Below are positions 9,362 through 19,078 of a DNA stretch of 64,000 nucleotides, in pieces. A model generated the notes under the pieces. The model worked only from the letters and a program-made list of their open reading frames with translations. It was not told the origin of the DNA and ran no database searches. The position numbers and the translations under genes were made by a program. This DNA comes from an uncultured archaeon (GTDB taxonomy: Archaea; Asgardarchaeota; Thorarchaeia; Thorarchaeales; Thorarchaeaceae), in NCBI GenBank assembly GCA_964558645.1, contig CAZLEV010000002.1, forward strand, positions 64,001 to 128,000, written 5' to 3'. How positions within the stretch are numbered: the stretch's first letter is position 1; each line of letters starts with the position of its first letter.

Positions 9362-11449
9362 TCACTCAGGGCTCACCAGCAGAGTAGCAGTACTGGAAGT
9401 GCCGCTCTTGGCAACATCAACCACTGGGACTCCCTCCCATCCCTGCACGTCAGTATGTGTGATCAGAAATATCTGTTCGAAACTCTGGTCATTCACAAGG
9501 GTCTTGACAACGGATAGTCTTCGATTCCGATCCAAGCCGCCGAGAGGTTCGTCTAGAAGGACAGAACGTACTCGTGGAGCTGTCATGGGTGTGTCCTTCA
9601 GCGGGCGGATACCACTCATGGTACGACTGATACCCAAGCGAAGCCCCAGACTTATGGCGGTCCTGTCACCGAAACTGAGCTGAGAGGTCTTCTTGGTGGC
9701 ATTGTCACGTTCATCACGAATCAGGAGCTGCAGGCCAGCACCGGAACGGCCTTTTGCAGGTGTCGGCTCAAGATCCACTGAGGAATACTGGTTGTTCGTG
9801 AAGGCTCGGACATATTGATTGGTGGCAGTGCGGATGATACCAATGAGGCGCTTCTGGAAGACCCAGTCCGAAACAAATCCTCTGACCAGTTTTCGTCGAA
9901 CATACTTGGCATGTTCCTCCAGCATCTGATAGGACTCTATCTGAGCGCCAAGTTCTCTCATTCTGGTGACTTCTTGTTCCAGATTAGCAATCTCTTCTGT
10001 GTCTTTCTGCAGGCTATCTTGAATCAGATTCTGTTCCCGCTCAAGAGAATCAATCTTTGTTCTCAGGACTGCTACCTTCCGCTTCAAGTCAGAGAGATCA
10101 TCGGCATCAAAGGACCCTATCAGTGAGTCCAGATCTTCGACCTCTAACTCGCTTATCGTTTCATTCAGCTTCATCTCTTGTTCTTCGAGCTTGGACTTGG
10201 TGGACCCGACCTGCTCCTTTCTGTCAGTAATCCGTTCGATGGTGTCCAGTGTTCGAATGACCTTTGCCAATCGGTCATCAGACTTCTTCAAGCGCTTCTG
10301 TTTCTCTTCCCTCTGGATCTTCAGACGCTCGATATCAGTCGTTCCGGTGGCGATTCGGGTCTTGTAATCATCCAGCAGCCTGTCACGCTCTTGCGAAGTG
10401 AGAGGTTTAGAGCATGTGGGACATACGGAGTCTTCACCAGAGGCTGAGGGACGCTTCAAGAGAGCAATCTTCTCCTTAAGATCTGCAATCATTCCTTGGA
10501 TACTACCAATCTTCTGGTTGATAGCAGACATATCAGACTCAAGGCTGTCTCTCAAGTCCTTTAGACGGTCTCGCTCCAACTCCAAGTACTCGATTCGTCC
10601 TTCGATTTCATCCTCATCGGTACTGGATAGGCCAGTCCCATCGAACTCCCGTTCCATCTCCCTGAGGGCACGATCATAGTCACGTCTGTGTTGCTCTACA
10701 GTCTTCGACAGGGTCTCTATATCAGAGAGAATCTCTTCGTCTGGAGCCCTCTCAACCAGCTTCTCAAGCTCTTCCATAGATTCCGCAGTCTCCTTCATCC
10801 TCTGCTTGTGCTCTTCAAGCCTCTCCTTGAGAGCCTCTATCTTCTCAAGAACCCGATCGGGTTTCTGATAGTCATCTTGCAGACTACGAATCCGTGCTGA
10901 GAGGTCATTTTCGAAGTAGTCAAGATGCTTAGACATCTGATCGAGAAGCTCGATATTGTACACCTTGACAAGAAGCTCTCTCAAATCAGATGCGGATGCA
11001 GTTGCAATCTTTGCGACCTCCCCTTGCCTGACAAGGAGTGTGTTCAGTGCCTGATTCAGCTGTAAGTTGAGAATGTCTTCCAGCCTTCTTTCAACCGATG
11101 TGGCCTTGTCCGCAATCCTCTTCCATACATCCTTCTTCCCCACATAGAGTACAGCAGATGTGCCCTGTGCGGGGTCATATGAACGGTCAATCTTGTACCG
11201 TATTCCATCGACTTCGAAGACAATCACAGCATTGCAGAATGAAGATGCGAAACTGATGAGTTCTTCATTTGTAGGGTCAACTGCATTTGGCCCCCAGAGA
11301 CCCCAGAGTATTCCCTCAAAGAGAGACGATTTGCCTGTAGAATTCGGCCCCCGAACGAGAATCAGACCGTCTGGTAGGTCTCCCTCCGACGGGAGCTCCA
11401 AGTCACGGAATGGTTTGAAGTTCTTCAGGGATACTCGCAGAATCTTCAG
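9362..11449 (-). CDS. rad50: DNA double-strand break repair ATPase Rad50
   Basis: Walker A GPNSTGKSS, Q-loop VRQGEV, coiled coils, Zn-hook CPTC, signature LSFGD, Walker B LLDEP, ITH. Start extended to CTG at 11449 to include the conserved KILRVSLKNFKPF. Confidence 0.93.
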   Translation of the reverse strand: MKILRVSLKNFKPFRDLELPSEGDLPDGLILVRGPNSTGKSSLFEGILWGLWGPNAVDPTNEELISFASSFCNAVIVFEVDGIRYKIDRSYDPAQGTSAVLYVGKKDVWKRIADKATSVERRLEDILNLQLNQALNTLLVRQGEVAKIATASASDLRELLVKVYNIELLDQMSKHLDYFENDLSARIRSLQDDYQKPDRVLEKIEALKERLEEHKQRMKETAESMEELEKLVERAPDEEILSDIETLSKTVEQHRRDYDRALREMEREFDGTGLSSTDEDEIEGRIEYLELERDRLKDLRDSLESDMSAINQKIGSIQGMIADLKEKIALLKRPSASGEDSVCPTCSKPLTSQERDRLLDDYKTRIATGTTDIERLKIQREEKQKRLKKSDDRLAKVIRTLDTIERITDRKEQVGSTKSKLEEQEMKLNETISELEVEDLDSLIGSFDADDLSDLKRKVAVLRTKIDSLEREQNLIQDSLQKDTEEIANLEQEVTRMRELGAQIESYQMLEEHAKYVRRKLVRGFVSDWVFQKRLIGIIRTATNQYVRAFTNNQYSSVDLEPTPAKGRSGAGLQLLIRDERDNATKKTSQLSFGDRTAISLGLRLGISRTMSGIRPLKDTPMTAPRVRSVLLDEPLGGLDRNRRLSVVKTLVNDQSFEQIFLITHTDVQGWEGVPVVDVAKSGTSSTATLLVSPE

Positions 11450-12759
11450 TCGGAGCCCTCCTTCGAGAGTGTATCAATCGTGAAACTACCCTCATCCCGT
11501 CCCACTGCAAACTCAAGTGCCCTCACAGCCACCTTTGTCAGAATGTCAGAGTCATACTCCTCGCCAATCTTCAAAGTGTCCAAATAGGACTGAAAGTCTT
11601 TCTGGGGGTCCTCGATGAGATACTCGGACTCAATCTCGGGATAGGCCGCAGAATCATGAGTGATGTCTCTCTGCTTAATCGACCATACGAGCTGAGAGAT
11701 ATTGTAGTTGGAGTCGGGAGATAAGACATCAACCCTCATTCCTTCCATGGCCACTGTTAGGTCAAGTCCGCTGAATCGTGGCGAGTCCCCACTGAAGACA
11801 AGCCTCACTCTTGCAGCAGTACTCGGGTTCCAGTCCGCCCGCAGACTCTCCGCTGCGAAGAAATCCTGTATCTTTGCCACCACGCTCTGAACCGTATCGT
11901 CAACCTCAATCTCTATTTCCTTGTTCAGCACCGGTCGGGCATATTCAAGAGTGTGCTTGGTGACCTCGGGCATCTTTCCGTTCTCAAGATTGACCTCTAG
12001 GAAGCCCTTTTCATGACGGACCTCATCAAATCGCCATCGCTCTGGCGACCCAGCATACCACGCCTTATCTGAATGCTTGTGTAGATGATGATCATGGCCC
12101 AGGGCGATATAGTCGTAGTTCATACTGAATATCGCACCAAATAGGCTCTCATCTAGCTCCATTCCGTGAGCCACCGCCACAGAGGGTCGTTTGCTGTCAG
12201 GCTTCTGATAGGTTGTAATCCAATCATTGAAATCGGCGACCAGATTTGCTGACTCAAGAACAGATTGCTCTATGAACGGGAAACAGAATACATCGAGTTT
12301 CTCATACGAGAACTTCAACGGTTTCCCTGCAGAGAGAGCTTGCTTGAGGTCTACTTGGGTGGCTACATTCAACTTCTCAACCGATATGTTCAGAGAGTCC
12401 AAGAGAGAGACATCCAAGGTACGATAGAGCCCGTGGTTTCCCTCAATAATCAGCACCGGAATGCCCGTCGTCTCTATGAATCCCTTCAACACTGAGAGAG
12501 CGGTCTCTTGGGCAACCACAGGGGGCTGAGAGGGATTGCCCTCCCAAGGAGAGTCATAGAGGTCTCCAGAGTGAACCACCAAGTCTACAGGTGGATCAAG
12601 AGCTGCAATCCTATCGAAGACCTCCTGAAACCGCTGATAGAAGTCGTCTTCCAAGAGGCGAACTCTCATCTCCACGGCCCACAGGTTCTGCTTGATACCC
12701 TCCCTGGGTCTTGCCCCAAGATGCGTATCCGATAGATGTGCGATTCTAGCAGACATCAT
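11446..12759 (-). CDS. mre11: DNA double-strand break repair nuclease Mre11
   Basis: HLSDTHLG, HSGDLYD, GNH, AHG, ALGHDH, YAGSPER motifs; directly upstream of rad50. Confidence 0.93.
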   Translation of the reverse strand: MMSARIAHLSDTHLGARPREGIKQNLWAVEMRVRLLEDDFYQRFQEVFDRIAALDPPVDLVVHSGDLYDSPWEGNPSQPPVVAQETALSVLKGFIETTGIPVLIIEGNHGLYRTLDVSLLDSLNISVEKLNVATQVDLKQALSAGKPLKFSYEKLDVFCFPFIEQSVLESANLVADFNDWITTYQKPDSKRPSVAVAHGMELDESLFGAIFSMNYDYIALGHDHHLHKHSDKAWYAGSPERWRFDEVRHEKGFLEVNLENGKMPEVTKHTLEYARPVLNKEIEIEVDDTVQSVVAKIQDFFAAESLRADWNPSTAARVRLVFSGDSPRFSGLDLTVAMEGMRVDVLSPDSNYNISQLVWSIKQRDITHDSAAYPEIESEYLIEDPQKDFQSYLDTLKIGEEYDSDILTKVAVRALEFAVGRDEGSFTIDTLSKEGSD

Positions 12760-12767
12760 TCATCATC

Positions 12768-14537
12768 TCACAGAACGTGTTTCTCAGCAGCTGTACTGGA
12801 CATCTTCCCCTTGTAACGTGGATTGTCCTCTCCAAACAAATCATCAAATAGTGGAATCTTAACTGGGAGGGGTAGCTCCCGATACGACGCCGTTATGAGA
12901 GCCTCTCCCCGAGACATGACCCTGAACTCGTTCTGAAATCCTGAGATATTGACACTGGCATTCTCGATGCATGACTTGATCTCCCGTTCATTGCCCAGTC
13001 GGAGATTAATCTCTGTATTCATCTGACTCAGTATGACATTGTCCAAGACGCTTACCTGCTGGCTAATGACGAGGAGCCCGATGTTGAACTTACGTCCCTG
13101 TCGTGATATGTCCTTGAAGACTGACTGTCCGCGCATGAGTTGAGGATTCAGTATCGAGGGGGCCTCTTCGACAGTGACCAATAGCACAGGAAGACTTCGT
13201 GGATCCTTGACCGAGGCAGAGTCGCTGGTACCACCAAAGCCGTAGAATGCTCGTGCACGCTCTCGAACTCTCTTGAAGAAGGAGCCAGGCAGTCTCATTC
13301 CGGCCTGGGCATCGAAATCGCCCAGATTGCCGCTGCTCTTCAGAGCCTTCCGCAGGTCTGACAGCGTTCGCGTAACAACAGTGGTAAGTAAGAATTGCTC
13401 CATGTCGCTCATCAGACTCGTGTTGACCACAAGGATTCTACCAGTCTCCATCGACTCGTAGATGTCACCCAATACAGAACTCCCGCCACGTATGAAGATA
13501 GGGGAACGATCAACGAAACGAAGACGTCGCTGGACAGCACGAAGAGTGCCCTTTGGCGTGCCATCAGGATCGTCGTCCATATCGAGGATCTCTGCAATCC
13601 AGTCATCCCTAGCTCGCGAGTATATCATATCGATGAATGCATACATCTGCCCTGTGAAGTCCATGATGGAGTAGAGGTCCTGCGGCTTGACCTCCTCCCA
13701 CAAGATGCGCAGTTCCTTCCCGTAGCGCCTTACTTCACGAGGAGCCGCCTGAAGATGTGTGGTCAGGTAGTAGAAATCACCCAGTACTTCCTGGCGTGTC
13801 TTTGCATCCATGGATTCCACAATGTCTTGGATGCCATATTTGTCGACGCCCTGAGCGAACTCGTCATGAGGATCGATACAGAATGCTGAGATGTTGAATC
13901 TTCCAGCCGACTCTCCCGATAGTCTATCCAGATTGTTGTCTATGATAGACTTGATCAGAACCATCATCAAGTTGCTCTTACCCGACCCGGTCGCGCCGAA
14001 GATGCCCACGTGCATGGGGAGGAATTCAGCGGGAATGTGCACAGGAACATCTAGAGTTTCTTCTCCGACCTGCAAGTCACCAACAAAGACCTCGCCACCT
14101 GTTTGGCTGGTCAGCATGTCACGAACCGTTTCATCGGAGGTTCCGCGCACTGGCCTATAGACCTCTGCAAGGTGATCGGGAAGGCGTCTGGGAGGCCTGA
14201 AGACCCAATCCCCTCCATCGCCTCGTTCGGCATAACCCAACATCTTACCGTCAATTGAGAGGAGCTTATTCCTATCAATGCCCGACAGATACGAGTCACC
14301 CTCGACCATCAAGGTACTGGCAACACGACCAATATCATCAACCTGCCGCAGGTAGTTCTGAAGTCCCAATACTCTGAAGAAGAAGACCCGTTCATGGCCC
14401 TCGCGCTCGGAGTATATCATGAAGATCTCTCCTACGCTGATGTCCTGATTACGACCCATAAGGCCGAGCATGTTCTGGTCGCCAACACCAACGCGCCCGT
14501 AGAGCTTCCCGAGTTTATCTTTGTCTAATGTCATCAT
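12768..14537 (-). CDS. herA: HerA bipolar helicase/ATPase
   Basis: HVGIFGATGSGKSN, IDPHDEF, VEEAP, RQGRKFNIGLLVISQ; operon context. Confidence 0.92.
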   Translation of the reverse strand: MMTLDKDKLGKLYGRVGVGDQNMLGLMGRNQDISVGEIFMIYSEREGHERVFFFRVLGLQNYLRQVDDIGRVASTLMVEGDSYLSGIDRNKLLSIDGKMLGYAERGDGGDWVFRPPRRLPDHLAEVYRPVRGTSDETVRDMLTSQTGGEVFVGDLQVGEETLDVPVHIPAEFLPMHVGIFGATGSGKSNLMMVLIKSIIDNNLDRLSGESAGRFNISAFCIDPHDEFAQGVDKYGIQDIVESMDAKTRQEVLGDFYYLTTHLQAAPREVRRYGKELRILWEEVKPQDLYSIMDFTGQMYAFIDMIYSRARDDWIAEILDMDDDPDGTPKGTLRAVQRRLRFVDRSPIFIRGGSSVLGDIYESMETGRILVVNTSLMSDMEQFLLTTVVTRTLSDLRKALKSSGNLGDFDAQAGMRLPGSFFKRVRERARAFYGFGGTSDSASVKDPRSLPVLLVTVEEAPSILNPQLMRGQSVFKDISRQGRKFNIGLLVISQQVSVLDNVILSQMNTEINLRLGNEREIKSCIENASVNISGFQNEFRVMSRGEALITASYRELPLPVKIPLFDDLFGEDNPRYKGKMSSTAAEKHVL

Positions 14538-14546
14538 GAATCACAC

Positions 14547-15839
14547 TCACAGATTGAAATCGGTTCGTGGAGGTTCCATTCTCCGTTCGTCCATGCCCAT
14601 CTCCTGCCTCACATCCCAGCATATCTCCCGAGCCAAGCGGACATCCTGATAGCTCAGCTTGCACTGCTCGTGAGCGACAGCGAGGGGAACAGGATATCCA
14701 TACCATCTAGCATCTCTTGACATGAACTCTATCTCTCTGAACAATGCCTTCTCGTTCTCTCGAGTGGCTATGGGGTCATTCTCAACAAATATGTTTTCTA
14801 ACCACCAAATCCTGTCGAAATCTATCCGCGAGGGGCGGTTGTCGCGAGAGAAGCTGAAGAGATAAGGAACAGCTAGCATCGGGGGTATGTACGTCCGCGA
14901 CTGTGTGATGTGAAGGCCGCCCCCTGGATCGTCATTGCCTGGAAGATGACAGAACCACTTGCTACTTCCACCAAATACATCCTCGGCCATCTGAGCAATC
15001 CTGTGCGCAAAGGGTATCGTGTGAGTCTTGCTCAATGCGCAGAGAATCACTCCTTCTTTTCGCGCCCGTGTACACATCTCTCTGAGCAGAAACCCGCTTG
15101 GCATCGAGGGGTAGTTTCTGATGTGATGCATGAACACAGACATTGCCCCGTCAAGCAACAGATACTTGGGGTGCAACGGACTGTCGAGAATCTTCCGAGC
15201 AGCTGCATATTCGGAAACGGTTCGCAGTTGGTCATGAACGGTGCTGTTGGTCAGATTGACCCTAGATATCAGGCTCTGAATGCTCTCCAGTCGAGAAAGG
15301 TACTTGGCATACTTGGAGTTCTTGAGGTCGCTCCAGGAATCGATCTCACCACGAGTGAAGTCGCGAAAGAAGGGCAGGACAAGCTTGACGGGGTCGGAGA
15401 CCGAAGAGATGTATTCGATGTATTCAGCCATCTTTGCCCGTGCATCGTCCTTGACCCCAGTATACCAGAAGGTTTCAAGATGCGGCTGGCTGCTGCCTAG
15501 ACATTCTTCTATCTCACCCCCGTCAAGAGGGGTGAAGAGATCACCAGATTTGGTGCTAGTATTGAGGATGACACAGGCTGTGCTGAACAGATGTACCCTC
15601 ACATCGTCAAGTAGAGCAAGGCCGTCACTTCCGGATCCGTCCACAGCTCCAACAAGGAAATCCTTGTCGAAGACAACGTCTTGGGGAAAGGGCTCTACAG
15701 TATCTAACAACTGCTCCTTAATACGCGCCTCGTCTTTCGCGAATTCCTTCTCATCCCGGATGTCTTGCTGTTGCTGGATGTCCATGAAGGTCGCCTTAAG
15801 CGAGTCCCTGAACTTCTTTGTTAGGATTCGTTCGAGCAT
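14547..15839 (-). CDS. nurA: NurA 5'-3' nuclease
   Basis: GAVDGS, LLLDG, LSKT, GYPVPLAVAHEQCKL; first gene of nurA-herA-mre11-rad50. Confidence 0.9.
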   Translation of the reverse strand: MLERILTKKFRDSLKATFMDIQQQQDIRDEKEFAKDEARIKEQLLDTVEPFPQDVVFDKDFLVGAVDGSGSDGLALLDDVRVHLFSTACVILNTSTKSGDLFTPLDGGEIEECLGSSQPHLETFWYTGVKDDARAKMAEYIEYISSVSDPVKLVLPFFRDFTRGEIDSWSDLKNSKYAKYLSRLESIQSLISRVNLTNSTVHDQLRTVSEYAAARKILDSPLHPKYLLLDGAMSVFMHHIRNYPSMPSGFLLREMCTRARKEGVILCALSKTHTIPFAHRIAQMAEDVFGGSSKWFCHLPGNDDPGGGLHITQSRTYIPPMLAVPYLFSFSRDNRPSRIDFDRIWWLENIFVENDPIATRENEKALFREIEFMSRDARWYGYPVPLAVAHEQCKLSYQDVRLAREICWDVRQEMGMDERRMEPPRTDFNL

Positions 15840-16075
15840 GGTACCCCTCGTCCTTGTTCACTACATCAGCAGCTGGCTGGTGGTCATGTTTATGTCATCG
15901 ACTGATTCATAAAAACATAGCACTCGGCAACGACGAGTCCTCCACCAGAGTGCGTACGTATCTCCAAGAAGCCAGCCGGTGCCCAATTTCCTTTTAAGTA
16001 AGGAGAAGCATCAGGTACTCAGCCGCATGTGCTCAGGCTACTTGTGAATCGGTACTCTAGGATGGATGTGATTCA

Positions 16076-16771
16076 GTGCTCAGGATTACCTATCTAGGAA
16101 AAACATCATTCAGATTGGAATCAGAGGAGATGTCAGTCCTGCTCAATCCGGGAATATGGCAGGGAGAGGCCGTTACACCCGTTGACACCGAGGCTAAGGT
16201 CATCATCGCGACTAATGAGGCCATAGATGCATTGGGAAATGCAACTGAAGTGGCAACAAACTCTAAGGCATGGATACTGGGCAACGAGTCCACAATCGAA
16301 GTAGTGAAGGAGCAGGGTGGAAAACCGTGGCTGCTTCATGTCCTCGAGGCAGAGGAGCCCTACGAGATTCCCGGTCTGAGAGTGATAGCTTACTCTCTGA
16401 AGAGAGACCATCCTCAAACAGGAGAACCCATGGAGAACCTCGGCCTCTATCTCGAGATAGGCAAGATGAGAGTGGCCTATCTTGGGGACTCGAAGGTTAG
16501 AGGGCCGTTTGGGCAGTTTGAAGTTGACATTATCATTGTGCCAATCAGTGGAGATGGTGTCTTTGCAATCAAGGATGCAGTGGGACTCTGTATCGATGCC
16601 AAACCAAAGCTGGGAATACCCATGAGATGGGTTTCAGATGACCAACCACAGAAGTTTGCGAAATACCTTGACCAATTCGCAAAAGGGGTTACAGCCCTTG
16701 TGATGGAGGACAACCAGACTATCGAAACACACTGGGCTGCAGGGAATGAATTCAGATACGAAGTAAGCTAA
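16076..16771 (+). CDS. MBL-fold (UPF0173-like) protein with degenerate metal site
   Basis: RITYLGKTSFRLE, YLGDS, DIIIVPISG, KPKLGIPM match the fold, but HxHxDH appears as TNEAIDA. Confidence 0.75.
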   Translation: MLRITYLGKTSFRLESEEMSVLLNPGIWQGEAVTPVDTEAKVIIATNEAIDALGNATEVATNSKAWILGNESTIEVVKEQGGKPWLLHVLEAEEPYEIPGLRVIAYSLKRDHPQTGEPMENLGLYLEIGKMRVAYLGDSKVRGPFGQFEVDIIIVPISGDGVFAIKDAVGLCIDAKPKLGIPMRWVSDDQPQKFAKYLDQFAKGVTALVMEDNQTIETHWAAGNEFRYEVS

Positions 16772-16831
16772 TATCCTTGCGTTGCCTACTCGTAGCCAAG
16801 AGCCTAGAGAAGCCAAGTTGGTGAGGACACG

Positions 16832-18613
16832 TTGAATAGTCATAAGACAATCGTAATCGACCTCGAAGAGAACGAGAAGTGCCAGATAGGCCAGTTCAAT
16901 GAACTGGAAAAGGCGGAGGTATCTTCAGTCCTCAGTGTCAAGAACGTCTCGGAGAAAAACAGAATCTGGAACGTAAGGGTACACCTTGCGGATTCAAGGG
17001 GCGGAACAGACATTGATGATGAAAATCTTGTTGCCGGAGAGATCGATGCCGGAGCTGAATGGGAATACAACTATGCTGTCGACATAGATGCACCACTGTT
17101 AGTGGTGAATGAGGTCTTCAATACATGTTCGGAAGTGCACACGGAAGACCCACACTGGGCGTATGCGTTCGGTAAGAAGAATCCTGTTGAGATTGTTCTT
17201 ACAGTGAAGAACAACAGCAGTGGAGTCATCGATAACATAATCGTGAACAAGACAATTCCGAAGGAATTGAGTCAGGTTACGGTTCAAGTCTCAGAGAAGG
17301 GGAGTGCGGAGTACGACGAGGGAACCAAACAGGTCTTCTGGAAAGATGTGAAGGTCGATCCAGGTGAAAAGGCCAGGCTCTCGATTACTGCCATCGGAGA
17401 AGTAGAAGACTCTGAGATGAAGAATGCTGGAGAGCTTGTTGTTAGCTATCGCGCTGAAGGGCAACAGAAATCATCCCTCAATCCAGATTTGACCGGTCTG
17501 ACTGAGTTTCTGACTGGAATAGAAACAGCAGAGACCGAACCGAATTGTTGGAAGGTCACTCTGGAATGCTCCAACGAGAGCGATCTCATGGTTCGTCTAG
17601 AAAAGGCACAGATATTTCTCCACCCCGAGGAGGGAGGAGAGAAGCAACTCATGGTGGACGACAAACCCGCATTAGAAATGGAGCCGGGCCTGGAATGGAC
17701 AACTTCCTTCGAGGTTGAGAGCAAGTCGCCTCCAAAATGCACCCAAGAAGTCACCTATACTCCGATGCGAGTCATAGAGAAACGAGTGCTTGGCAGAATG
17801 GTGAAAGAGCCACAGCAGATTCCTGTCTATGAGGTTGATTATTCGAAGACCTTTGACCCGCCGGAGGTGAGCAGTTTCGATAAGACACCCATTGAAGTCA
17901 ACATTGACGTCAAGAATACGGGTTCTGCGCCTATCAATGAGATAGTCATCGAGGATCATCTACCTAACGATGTCATGCCTCCGAAGAAAGAACATGTCAC
18001 GATCTGGATTGGTGGTGACGAGTATAACGGTCCATTTGATCTCGTCATGGAACCCGATGATCAAGACCCTGAGACACCTCACAAACTGACCTTCACAATA
18101 GGAGGGCTCAAAGAGATTGTTGGGGAGCTTGAACCAGGAAAGAGTCTGAAGATCAACTACGCGGTAATGGCATGGAAGAGCCGTCCCGAGAAGGATTACC
18201 CAAGTCCGATTCGAGTTGCAGCCAACATACATCCTCCAGGGCTTGTGACAGAGATCAGCAGTGAAGAGGGCAAACACAAGATCGGAGTTGTATACAAGAA
18301 GAGGCGTATATCAACCAAGAAAGCCATAAACAAGGGGGCTGGCGCTGGCGAGTATTCGGTGCTTCTTGTTGTAGAGAATCGAGGTGAAGTGACCGTCGAG
18401 AATGTGAAAGTCACGGACTGGATTCCTTCAGGGTTCGAATTTGTTTCGGTGGAGCCTCCTGAAGAGGAACCCGCTCTGGCCCAAGTTGAGGACGGCACCA
18501 ATATCACTTGGCTCTGGACAAGAATGAATCCGGGAGATAAGAAGAAACTACGGGTCCATGTCAGAGGTGAGGGAGAATACGAGCGACGTGAGCCCAAAGT
18601 CATCTCCGACTAG
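16832..18613 (+). CDS. Protein with ~5 tandem Ig-like (DUF11-like) beta-sandwich repeats
   Basis: Repeated V.L.VxN....I.NV.V.D.IP motif (e.g. VLLVVENRGEVTVENVKVTDWIPSGF, VNIDVKNTGSAPINEIVIEDHLP); no signal peptide or TM. Confidence 0.7.
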   Translation: MNSHKTIVIDLEENEKCQIGQFNELEKAEVSSVLSVKNVSEKNRIWNVRVHLADSRGGTDIDDENLVAGEIDAGAEWEYNYAVDIDAPLLVVNEVFNTCSEVHTEDPHWAYAFGKKNPVEIVLTVKNNSSGVIDNIIVNKTIPKELSQVTVQVSEKGSAEYDEGTKQVFWKDVKVDPGEKARLSITAIGEVEDSEMKNAGELVVSYRAEGQQKSSLNPDLTGLTEFLTGIETAETEPNCWKVTLECSNESDLMVRLEKAQIFLHPEEGGEKQLMVDDKPALEMEPGLEWTTSFEVESKSPPKCTQEVTYTPMRVIEKRVLGRMVKEPQQIPVYEVDYSKTFDPPEVSSFDKTPIEVNIDVKNTGSAPINEIVIEDHLPNDVMPPKKEHVTIWIGGDEYNGPFDLVMEPDDQDPETPHKLTFTIGGLKEIVGELEPGKSLKINYAVMAWKSRPEKDYPSPIRVAANIHPPGLVTEISSEEGKHKIGVVYKKRRISTKKAINKGAGAGEYSVLLVVENRGEVTVENVKVTDWIPSGFEFVSVEPPEEEPALAQVEDGTNITWLWTRMNPGDKKKLRVHVRGEGEYERREPKVISD

Positions 18614-18648
18614 CAGACTGCTCAATCAATTTGGCTCAGGTTGGTGAT

Positions 18649-18664
18649 GGGGACTTTTGTCCCC
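18649..18664. terminator. Possible terminator hairpin between convergent genes
   Basis: GGGGAC-TTTT-GTCCCC between stops at 18613 and 18682. Confidence 0.35.
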
Positions 18665-18681
18665 CACCTTCCATCAAAGAA

Positions 18682-19026
18682 CTAAGATACTTCCTTTTCG
18701 AGCTCTTGGAGCTCCTTTCTTGTGGCTTCCAGCTCCGCATCTATATCTTCCAGCGGGATATAGTCCTCGTCCTCTTCCATCGGATGCGTATCCAGCGTGT
18801 AGAGGACGTTGAATCCAGCAAGCGTGGCATGAAGCGCATTGGCAATCTCGATAATTGCCGTGGTGAGGTCCTTCTCACTCATGTCCTCCTCAGAATGCTC
18901 GTAGACAAAATCGTAGGCACCGCGAATGGGTGTGAATCCGAGCTCCAGTAGTTTCTGGATGATAAGAGAGGGCGATGCACCTTCACTATTGAACCATACA
19001 CTGACTCGTGTAACATAACCAGACAT
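18682..19026 (-). CDS. Hypothetical protein
   Basis: 114 aa ORF with protein-like composition and an SD-like GGAGG upstream; same strand as raSEA. Confidence 0.7.
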   Translation of the reverse strand: MSGYVTRVSVWFNSEGASPSLIIQKLLELGFTPIRGAYDFVYEHSEEDMSEKDLTTAIIEIANALHATLAGFNVLYTLDTHPMEEDEDYIPLEDIDAELEATRKELQELEKEVS

Positions 19027-19078
19027 CTAATTAGAGACCTCCACTGTGTTGAACAGATGCACCGCACATGCAAATCCT

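Noticed and set aside
12768-15839. HerA-NurA as a defence system
   Set aside because: It sits in the canonical archaeal nurA-herA-mre11-rad50 repair operon.
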